A DNA stretch of 64,000 bases, from the NCBI GenBank assembly GCA_963667015.2, contig CAXXJJ010000004.1:1920001-1984000 (forward strand). The letters run 5' to 3'. The notes beneath the pieces are model-generated. The model was not told the origin of the DNA. It did not search any database and saw only the letters and a program-made list of their open reading frames with translations. Positions 18,488-26,182 of the stretch are shown here, piece by piece; position 1 is the stretch's first letter; each line of letters opens with the position of its first letter. Source of the stretch: Desulfatiglandales bacterium. Lineage in GTDB: Bacteria; Desulfobacterota; DSM-4660; Desulfatiglandales; HGW-15. Made by a program: the position numbers and the translations under genes.

Positions 18488-20343
18488 CCATTATTTATAA
18501 TCTGTTTTTCCAGGGGAAATCTCATACCCTGAGCAAACCTTCTATTAAAATTATGATGAGTCGTCAATTCAAGATATCCTGTTTTACAGGCAATATCCCT
18601 GGCACGATCCCTTTCCCTTCGGGATAAGAGTGTCATTTTTGCCCCGATACCCGCGCTGTTGCCGACCTGCATGTAGCGTGCATTGGAAAAGGCCGGCAAA
18701 AGCCCTATATCCACTGCACTGACAAGATTGATATAGGTCCCGAATGCACCGGCAATAATGACCTCATCCACCATATCTTCAGTTATACCGTTCACTTCCA
18801 TTAATGCCTCGATACCTGCCTTGATTGCCCCCTTGGCAAGCTGTATCTCGGCAATATCCTTCTGGGAAATTACTATGTTTCCATTTCCGTTGCCGCCTTC
18901 GGCTATGACAAATTCCGAGCCGTATTTTCCCTGATATACCCTTTTATTATCTTTATCAAACCGTCCCCTGTCGTTTATTATACCCCACCGGTACAACTCT
19001 GCCACTGCATCGATTATTCCCGAACCGCAAAGCCCGATGGGAAGCGCATCACCGATTGTCTTGCACTCCACGGTATTCCGGGTAAGACAGACCGATTCAA
19101 TAGCACCCCTGGCTGCCCTCATGCCGTCTGTCACATGGGCACCCTCAAATGCCGGCCCCGAGGGGCAGGAAAGTGAAACAAGGGAACCCTTTTCAGGATT
19201 ATTAAGTACGATTTCGGTATTTGTCCCGATATCGACACCAAGGGTGACCCTGTTTTTTTTATCGATTCCGGCACCCAGTATCATGGATACATGATCCCCG
19301 CCTACAAACCCGCCTATCCCCGGTAAAACATGTATATATGCTCCCGGACAGGCATAAATCCCTGCATCCCGAGCCTTCACATCAACTGAATGGTCAGCGG
19401 CTGCTATATATGGAGACTTCGCAAGCTGTTCAACTGGTAGATCGAGAAACAGGTGGGTCATGGCCGTGTTTCCGACAATACAGATATCCGCGATATCCTT
19501 TCCGGTGAGCCCGGTCTCCCTGGCAAGAGATTCGATCAGTTCATTAAAGAGATCCCGTATAACCTTTGCCAGACTGGTCGGATGAGAACTGTCTGCTGCC
19601 CGGTCATGGATGGCGCTGTCAAGACGGCTCATCACATCATCGCCGTAAACTGACTGGGGATTGACCGCTCCCCTGGAGGCAAGTTCCTTTCCAGTGCTCA
19701 AATCCATAAGATAGGCCGCCACCTTAGTTGTTCCAAGGTCAATTGCCAGGCCTGCCGGGTGTGTGCCAGGGGAGGCAAATCCTATGATCTCACTGTCTCT
19801 CATTATTGCGGATATCTCCCAGTTATTTTTCCTTAAAAGCAGAGGCAACTGTTTAAGGGCAAGTATATCCACAGAAGGATCGATAATATTATGGGTGTTA
19901 CTCAGCGCCTCAAGCACCCTGTCCAGATCGGCCGCAGGCTCCTTAAGGGAAGGGGTTTTAACCCTGATATTGAATGATTTTACCAGGGGATCAATTTCAA
20001 ATTCATTATTTTTACCATCAAGCTGAAGCTGAAGGTCGGAGAGCAGTGATTTTTCAGGTATATGTACTTTAAGATTTGCTTCGGGAAATGTGCAGCATGC
20101 GAGCCTGTGCCCGTTCTTTAAATCTTCCGCTGAAAGGGTCTCTTCTTCGGTTTCCAGAGGGGCTGATACATTTCCTTCATTTATGATTACCCTGCACTGG
20201 CCGCAGCTCCCCTTTCCTCCGCAAGTTGCAGAAAGCCCGATCCCCGCTGAGCGCGCTGCTTCCAGTATACTGGTCCCTGCCAGGACATCTATAGATCTGC
20301 CCGGCGGATTGAATGAGATATTGTATTTTTTAAGCACTGCCAT
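18484..20343 (-). CDS. RACo/RamA-type ATP-dependent corrinoid reductive activator (2Fe-2S + ASKHA, DUF4445)
   Basis: CGGKGSCGQC...RLAC, DLGTT, GFVGGD, DIGTNTE, GPAFEG, GLCGSG, AGAFG. Confidence 0.92.
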   Translation of the reverse strand: MAVLKKYNISFNPPGRSIDVLAGTSILEAARSAGIGLSATCGGKGSCGQCRVIINEGNVSAPLETEEETLSAEDLKNGHRLACCTFPEANLKVHIPEKSLLSDLQLQLDGKNNEFEIDPLVKSFNIRVKTPSLKEPAADLDRVLEALSNTHNIIDPSVDILALKQLPLLLRKNNWEISAIMRDSEIIGFASPGTHPAGLAIDLGTTKVAAYLMDLSTGKELASRGAVNPQSVYGDDVMSRLDSAIHDRAADSSHPTSLAKVIRDLFNELIESLARETGLTGKDIADICIVGNTAMTHLFLDLPVEQLAKSPYIAAADHSVDVKARDAGIYACPGAYIHVLPGIGGFVGGDHVSMILGAGIDKKNRVTLGVDIGTNTEIVLNNPEKGSLVSLSCPSGPAFEGAHVTDGMRAARGAIESVCLTRNTVECKTIGDALPIGLCGSGIIDAVAELYRWGIINDRGRFDKDNKRVYQGKYGSEFVIAEGGNGNGNIVISQKDIAEIQLAKGAIKAGIEALMEVNGITEDMVDEVIIAGAFGTYINLVSAVDIGLLPAFSNARYMQVGNSAGIGAKMTLLSRRERDRARDIACKTGYLELTTHHNFNRRFAQGMRFPLEKQIINNG

Positions 20344-20462
20344 CTACCTTTAGAGTAATATTATTCAGGTTAATTCAGAAAATAAACAAACCGGCATAAA
20401 AGCTAAAAAGGAGGATCGAGTAAATATTAAATAAACCCGTTCCCCCTTGTATGAAGACATTC

Positions 20463-20493
20463 TGTAGAGACGGGTTTTAAACCCGTCTCTACA
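20463..20493. repeat. GTAG-type REP-like perfect palindrome
   Basis: TGTAGAGACGGGTTT-T-AAACCCGTCTCTACA, followed by a T run. Confidence 0.75.
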
Positions 20494-20547
20494 TTTTTTG
20501 AATAAATCAATACATGATTCCGCTTTATTTTTGATACGGGTATAAGA

Positions 20548-21174
20548 CTAGCACAACCATTCCTTGGCCAGATTTACTGCTGCCATGGCGTCTTTTCCAT
20601 AGGCATCCGCGCCGGTATATTTCTTGACTTCATCATCAATCTGTCCGCCGCCGATCATTACCTTCAGATTATCTCTGAGACCGGCTTCCGATAGGGCATC
20701 AATAGTTTCTTTCATTGCATCAAAGGCGAGTGTAAGGAATCCGCTTAAACCCACTATTGTAGCCCCTGTTTCCTTGACCTTGTCAACAATGGTCTGTACC
20801 GGGACATCGATACCAAGGTCAAATACCTCAAAACCGCTGATATCAAGCATAAATACAACAAGATCTTTTCCTATGTCATGTATATCACCGGCAACGGTCG
20901 CTATTATAACCTTGCCCAGTTTTTCTGCCTCAGTACCGGAGTCTTTGATGTGTGGCTCAACAAGGGCGGCAATGCCTTTTAAAATTTCACCGGAATATAT
21001 CAGATCCGGAATAAAATACTCTTCATTGCCAAATCTCTCACCGACAATCTTCATCCCTTCTCTTGCATCGGCTAGAATTTTGAGGGGATCCGCACCACCA
21101 TCAAGCGCTGTTTTGACCGCATCCAATGCCTCCTGCTCTTTCAGATCAGCCAACAATGTTGATAGATCAGACAT
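20548..21174 (-). CDS. Methyltransferase cognate corrinoid protein
   Basis: B12-binding cap plus GDIHDIGK, DLGIDVP, GLSGFLT, MIGGG. Confidence 0.92.
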   Translation of the reverse strand: MSDLSTLLADLKEQEALDAVKTALDGGADPLKILADAREGMKIVGERFGNEEYFIPDLIYSGEILKGIAALVEPHIKDSGTEAEKLGKVIIATVAGDIHDIGKDLVVFMLDISGFEVFDLGIDVPVQTIVDKVKETGATIVGLSGFLTLAFDAMKETIDALSEAGLRDNLKVMIGGGQIDDEVKKYTGADAYGKDAMAAVNLAKEWLC

Positions 21175-21428
21175 AGTTACTACCTCCTTAAGATTTTTTA
21201 TTTGCCTGGTTTTTTAAGATTTATATTGATCATTTAAAAAAATGAAAAAGTCCAATTAGATCGGTAAATATTTCAATTTGCCAATATATTTATAATTTCC
21301 TGTACGATAGGAAAATTTATATATGAGAAAAAAGTTTATGTTGAGCTAGAATCCTAATAATTTCAAAGAATGTCAAGGCAATTGTTCATTGATTTTCACA
21401 ACCGGAGATTATTAAAAATTACTTGTTA

Positions 21429-21458
21429 TTGACATTACATTCGCTGGCATATTATTAT
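21429..21458 (+). promoter_or_regulatory. Putative sigma70 promoter of the pan leader
   Basis: TTGACA-18 nt-TATTAT. Confidence 0.5.
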
Positions 21459-21483
21459 TTAAGGAACAAAAAGGTAGGGTGAT

Positions 21484-21610
21484 CCCGGACAGGGGACATC
21501 AAGCCGAAATAAACATGAACAGACTAATTTTTCAGGTAATGCCGCCTGGATCTCCTGATGTGGATGACCGGGACGGATGAGAAGAGAAACTGAACAATGT
21601 CTCATACCGT
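21484..21610 (+). ncRNA. pan RNA motif-like leader upstream of panB
   Basis: Two related stems, CCCGGACAGGGGA...TCTCCTG..ACCGGG and ACGGATGAGA...TCTCATACCGT, in the 5' UTR of panB. Confidence 0.65.
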
Positions 21611-21631
21611 ACGACTATCAAAATCTATATC

Positions 21632-21671
21632 ATGGGGATCTTTTCGATCGGATAAGATCCCCATTTTTTTT
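21632..21671 (+). terminator. Leader (attenuator) intrinsic terminator before panB
   Basis: ATGGGGATCTT...AAGATCCCCAT plus a T run. Confidence 0.8.
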
Positions 21672-21772
21672 ACATTTCCATCCCGGAAAGGTAACCTGCA
21701 ACCCGGTTACCTGAAACAATTCCGGGTTGGCATCAGCGTATTTCCGACGGACAATACCGACAGGAGGAGAAA

Positions 21773-22606
21773 ATGAGCAGTGAAAAAATGACTCTCGCAA
21801 GACTGCAGCAGAAGAAAATCAATGGAGAAAAAATAACCATGATGACTGCCTATGATTATTCGGCAGCCAGCCTTGTCGATCAGGCAGGCATTGATACCAT
21901 ACTGGTCGGAGACTCACTGGGCAATGTCATGCTGGGATATGACTCCACTGTTCCGGTAACAATGGATGAAATGATACATCACTCAAAGGCAGTAAGCAGG
22001 GGAGTGAAAAACGGTTTTATCATTGGCGACATGCCTTTCATGTCATACCAGGTAAGCATCGAAAAAGCCGTTGAAAACGCCGGCAGATTTTTAAAGGAGG
22101 CAGGCTGTGACTGTGTAAAGCTTGAAGGCGGAAGCGATATGGCATCCACAGTGAAAGCCATTGTAAAGGCGGGCATACCTGTCTGCGGGCACCTGGGATT
22201 AACCCCTCAGACCGCTACCATGCTGAGCGGATACAAGGTACAGGGAAAGGATGCCGAAAGTGCAAAGGCAATGATTCAGTCGGCAAAGGATCTCGAAGAG
22301 GCCGGCGCCTTTATGATCGTTTTTGAATGCATACCCGACACACTGGCGGCCCGGGTCACAAAAGAACTGAGCATACCGACGATCGGTATAGGAGCGGGAA
22401 AGGATTGCGACGGCCAGGTTCTTGTGTATCACGATGTACTGGGGCTCTTTGAAAGGTTTACACCTAAATTTGTCAAACAGTACCTGAACCTTGCCCCAAT
22501 GATAAAGGAGGCAATGGCTCAATATAAAAAAGAGGTTGAAGAAGGGCTGTTTCCCGGTCCGGATCATGTTTTTAAAATGAGTAAAGAGGAAGCGGATAAG
22601 ATCTAG
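21773..22606 (+). CDS. panB: 3-methyl-2-oxobutanoate hydroxymethyltransferase
   Basis: MTAYD, LVGDSLG, DMPFMSY, VKLEGG, GHLGLTPQ, GIGAG. Confidence 0.97.
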   Translation: MSSEKMTLARLQQKKINGEKITMMTAYDYSAASLVDQAGIDTILVGDSLGNVMLGYDSTVPVTMDEMIHHSKAVSRGVKNGFIIGDMPFMSYQVSIEKAVENAGRFLKEAGCDCVKLEGGSDMASTVKAIVKAGIPVCGHLGLTPQTATMLSGYKVQGKDAESAKAMIQSAKDLEEAGAFMIVFECIPDTLAARVTKELSIPTIGIGAGKDCDGQVLVYHDVLGLFERFTPKFVKQYLNLAPMIKEAMAQYKKEVEEGLFPGPDHVFKMSKEEADKI

Positions 22607-22659
22607 AATATGTCCATCCCAAAATAGAATATTTTTGGATGGACATCAGGAGACATATT

Positions 22660-23580
22660 ATGGAAATCCTTATAGTCGGCCCGGGCGCCATGGGGTGTCT
22701 TTTTGCCGCCAGGTTGAAAATTGCAGGATTTAATGCAGTCCTTTTTGATTATAATTCCACCCGGGCGGAAATAATCAATAAAAGCGGTATAAGTGTTGAG
22801 GGGGTATCTGGAGATTACAGGGCAATGGTTCCTGTTATTACCGATCTGTCAGACATTGACCCGGACATGGTTCTTATCTGCGTAAAATCAAACAGGACGA
22901 AGGATGCAGCAGAAGCACTGAAAGGCAGGGCTCCTCAAAAGACCCTTTTTGCCACCCTTCAGAATGGCCTTGGCAATGTGGAAACCCTTAAGGAAATCCT
23001 TGGAGAAAACCGGGTCATCGGGGGTGTAACATCCGAAGGCGCTACATCCCTTGATACCGGTAAAATTCGTCACGCAGGCATGGGATCCACCGTCTTTGGT
23101 CCGGCCGGGGATTTCGGGGAACGCCTTAAGGAACTTGTCTCGGCTTTTAACAGGTCCGGCTTTTCAACAAGCTCGTCGGATAATGTAGATAAACTTATCT
23201 GGAGCAAGCTGATTATCAACGTAGGCATCAACGCCCTTACGGCTATAACTCGACTCAGAAACGGCAGGCTGCCGGAATATGAAGGCAGCCTGTCTATAAT
23301 GAAGGAAGCGGTTGCCGAGGCCATAGCAGTTTCAAAGGCAAAGGGAATAAACCTCGCCTTCGATGCCCCCCTTGAGAAGGTCCTGGAGGTATGCAGGTCC
23401 ACTGCCGGAAATATAGCATCCATGCTCCAGGATGTACTCAATAAAAGACCCACCGAGGTTGATTATATAAACGGCGCCATCTGCAAAGAAGGTGAAAAAG
23501 CTGGAATTTCCACCCCTGTTAACAGGACGCTTACTGATCTTGTAAGGACGATCCAGATGAGTTACCACGAAAAAATATAG
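22660..23580 (+). CDS. panE: 2-dehydropantoate 2-reductase
   Basis: GPGAMG, LQNGLG, WSKLIIN, SMLQDV..RPTEVDYING; start at 22660 after AGGAGA. Confidence 0.93.
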   Translation: MEILIVGPGAMGCLFAARLKIAGFNAVLFDYNSTRAEIINKSGISVEGVSGDYRAMVPVITDLSDIDPDMVLICVKSNRTKDAAEALKGRAPQKTLFATLQNGLGNVETLKEILGENRVIGGVTSEGATSLDTGKIRHAGMGSTVFGPAGDFGERLKELVSAFNRSGFSTSSSDNVDKLIWSKLIINVGINALTAITRLRNGRLPEYEGSLSIMKEAVAEAIAVSKAKGINLAFDAPLEKVLEVCRSTAGNIASMLQDVLNKRPTEVDYINGAICKEGEKAGISTPVNRTLTDLVRTIQMSYHEKI

Positions 23581-23588
23581 CCCATCCC

Positions 23589-23606
23589 TGGTGAATTATT
23601 TCACTA
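23589..23606. promoter_or_regulatory. Putative Rex operator upstream of nfnAB
   Basis: TGGTGAATTATTTCACTA vs Rex consensus TTGTGAA-N4-TTCACAA; TTGACA at 23644. Confidence 0.55.
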
Positions 23607-23711
23607 TAAATACCTAATTTCAGGTCAATAAACTCTTTTTACTTTGACATAATCCGGTTCACATGTTAGTCGTTTTCGACGAATCGTATTATTTTATTAT
23701 GGAGGAAAAAA

Positions 23712-24554
23712 ATGTTCGAAATACTGAAACGCCAGGAGATGGCGGACGGAACAGTAGTTCTTAATGAAATAAGCGCTCCTTTAATTGCAAAAAAAGCAAA
23801 GCCCGGTCAGTTCGTTATCCTCAAGGCAAACGAGACCGGTGAACGTATTCCCCTTACAATGGCAGATACAGATCCCCAAAAAGGCACAATAACAATAATC
23901 TACCAGGTAGTAGGGAAATCAACATCGCTCTTTAAATCACTTCAGGTCGGAGACAAGTTCCAGGATATTATAGGCCCCCTTGGAAAACCAACCCACCTTG
24001 AAAAACTGGGAACAGTCGTATGTGTTGGCGGCGGAACAGGTGTAGCAGTTATGCACCCTATTACCAGAGGCCTGAAGGAAGCGGGAAATCGTGTAATTGC
24101 AATTATAGGTGCCAGAAATAAAGACCTTCTGATCCTTGAAGACAAAATGAAGGAAGCATCAAATGAGCTTCATGTGTGTACTGATGACGGCTCATACGGA
24201 CATCATGGTTTTGTAACCGATGTACTGAAGGAAAAGCTTGAAAAGGAAGATGTAAAGCTGGTGGTCGGAATAGGCCCCGTTCCAATGATGAAGTTTGTAT
24301 GTAAAATTACTGATGAATATAAAGTTAAGACAATTGTGAGTCTGAATCCGATTATGGTTGACGGCACAGGGATGTGCGGGTGCTGCAGGGTAAGTGTCGG
24401 CGGCGAAACAAAATTCGCCTGTGTTGACGGACCTGAATTTGACGGGAACAAGGTAGACTTTGATGAACTGACCCAGAGATTACAGGCATACAGAGAAGAA
24501 GAATGCCAGGCGACCGATAAATATGCCTGCGAATGCAAAATTGCCAATGAATAA
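23712..24554 (+). CDS. nfnA: Electron-bifurcating transhydrogenase small subunit (NfnA/SudB)
   Basis: KPGQFVI, ERIPLT, GPLG, GGGTG, MVDGTGMCGCCRV, FACVDGPEF. Confidence 0.9.
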   Translation: MFEILKRQEMADGTVVLNEISAPLIAKKAKPGQFVILKANETGERIPLTMADTDPQKGTITIIYQVVGKSTSLFKSLQVGDKFQDIIGPLGKPTHLEKLGTVVCVGGGTGVAVMHPITRGLKEAGNRVIAIIGARNKDLLILEDKMKEASNELHVCTDDGSYGHHGFVTDVLKEKLEKEDVKLVVGIGPVPMMKFVCKITDEYKVKTIVSLNPIMVDGTGMCGCCRVSVGGETKFACVDGPEFDGNKVDFDELTQRLQAYREEECQATDKYACECKIANE

Positions 24555-24638
24555 TACCCATTGACATTTTCGCTGTTGATTAACGTAATCTTCTTTCACA
24601 TATTGTTGTAATTAGAAGAAGTCAGGGAGGATATTTTA

Positions 24639-26048
24639 ATGGAATCCAAAGAGAAAAAAGAAAAGATATCACGGCAGCCAATGCCGGAACAGGAAGCCGA
24701 AGTACGCAGAAGGAATTTCAAGGAAGTACCCTTCGGCTACACCGAAGAAATGGCAGTTACAGAGGCCTCAAGATGCATCCAGTGTAAAAAGCCTTCATGC
24801 GTCGAGGGATGCCCCGTGTCTGTTGACATCCCGGGTTTTATAAACCTATTGAGAGAAAAAAAATTCACAGAATCCATCCGACATATCTGGCAGAAAAATG
24901 CACTTCCTGCAGTATGCGGCAGGGTATGTCCCCAGGAAGCACAATGCGAAGGCTCATGCATACTTGGTAAAAAAGGCGAACCGGTCGCAATCGGAAACCT
25001 TGAACGTTTTGTGGCAGACCTTGAAAGGGACCACGGAAAGGGAGAACTTCCGCCCAAGCAGGCACCCACTGGTAAAAAGGTTGCAGTTGTAGGCTCCGGC
25101 CCGTCCGGCCTGACGGTTGCAGGCGACCTGCTCCTCAAGGGTCACGACGTAACCATCTTTGAAGCATTTCACAAACCAGGCGGAGTACTTGTATACGGGA
25201 TACCCGAATTCAGGCTTCCAAAGGAAATAGTCTTCTCGGAAGTAAACTTCCTTGAAAGACTGGGTGCAAAACTTGAATGCAACAATGTCGTAGGCAGGAC
25301 AGTTGAACTGGACGAACTGTTTGAACAGGGATATGAGGCAATATACCTTGGCGTAGGTGCCGGACTCCCAAAATTTCTGGGAATCCCGGGTGAAAACCTG
25401 ATAGGCATCTATTCCGCCAATGAATACCTTACAAGATCAAACCTTATGAAGGGATATCTGTTCCCGGATTTTGACACGCCCATTGTAAAGGGTAAAAATG
25501 TTGCAGTATTTGGTGCAGGAAACGTGGCAATGGATGCAGCAAGGACAGCAATGAGACTTGGTGCAGAGACCGTCCGCATAGTCTACAGGCGGTCCAGAGA
25601 AGAAATGCCAGCAAGGTCTGCAGAGATACATCATGCCGAGCAGGAAGGTATTGAATTCTACCTCCTCACATCTCCAAAGAGGTTCATCGGTGATGACAGG
25701 GGACGCGTCACAGGCATGGAATGTATAAAGATGGAACTGGGAGAACCTGATGCATCCGGCCGCCGCAGTCCTGTCCCCATAGAGGGTTCAAAGTTTCAAC
25801 TCGAATGTGATCTGGCTGTTATAGCCGTTGGTTCCGGAGCAAATCCCCTGCTTACACAGTCAACAGAAGGCTTGGACCTCAATAAGTGGGGATATATAGT
25901 AGCCGATCCGGAGACAGGCAAGACATCCAAAAAGGGTGTATGGGCAGGCGGAGACATTGTAACAGGTTCGGCAACGGTTATCCTGGCCATGGGAGCAGGA
26001 AGAATGGCTTCGGATTCAATGCATAAGTATTTGACTCTGGGGTGGTAA
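24639..26048 (+). CDS. nfnB: Electron-bifurcating transhydrogenase large subunit (NfnB/SudA, GltD-like)
   Basis: RCIQCKKPSCVEGCPV, CGRVCPQEAQCE, GSGPSG, YGIPEFRLPK, GAGNVAMD, GGDIVTG. Confidence 0.9.
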   Translation: MESKEKKEKISRQPMPEQEAEVRRRNFKEVPFGYTEEMAVTEASRCIQCKKPSCVEGCPVSVDIPGFINLLREKKFTESIRHIWQKNALPAVCGRVCPQEAQCEGSCILGKKGEPVAIGNLERFVADLERDHGKGELPPKQAPTGKKVAVVGSGPSGLTVAGDLLLKGHDVTIFEAFHKPGGVLVYGIPEFRLPKEIVFSEVNFLERLGAKLECNNVVGRTVELDELFEQGYEAIYLGVGAGLPKFLGIPGENLIGIYSANEYLTRSNLMKGYLFPDFDTPIVKGKNVAVFGAGNVAMDAARTAMRLGAETVRIVYRRSREEMPARSAEIHHAEQEGIEFYLLTSPKRFIGDDRGRVTGMECIKMELGEPDASGRRSPVPIEGSKFQLECDLAVIAVGSGANPLLTQSTEGLDLNKWGYIVADPETGKTSKKGVWAGGDIVTGSATVILAMGAGRMASDSMHKYLTLGW

Positions 26049-26146
26049 TAAAAACAGAGGTCAGATGTCAGAATTCAGCAATCAGTAAAAGAATTGCAGC
26101 TTTACTAAACGTCATTCCCCGGCTTGACCCTGTCTCTGGGACACAC

Positions 26147-26175
26147 TTGACACCGTGGGTAATTGATGCTAGAAT
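26147..26175 (+). promoter_or_regulatory. Sigma70 promoter overlapping the left IR, probably giving a leaderless transposase mRNA
   Basis: TTGACA-17 nt-TAGAAT with extended TG; ATG 7 nt downstream and no SD. Confidence 0.7.
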
Positions 26176-26182
26176 CGGTAGC

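Noticed and set aside
21180..21420. Cobalamin riboswitch upstream of the corrinoid operon
   Set aside because: AT-rich region with no B12-box or GGGAA core recognisable on the minus strand
24639..26048. Glutamate synthase small subunit
   Set aside because: No gltB; paired with an NfnA-type gene, so Nfn is the better call
26042..26182. N-terminal extension of the transposase given in the ORF track
   Set aside because: Begins outside the IS boundary and crosses the REP/IR; ATG 26183 fits the internal promoter
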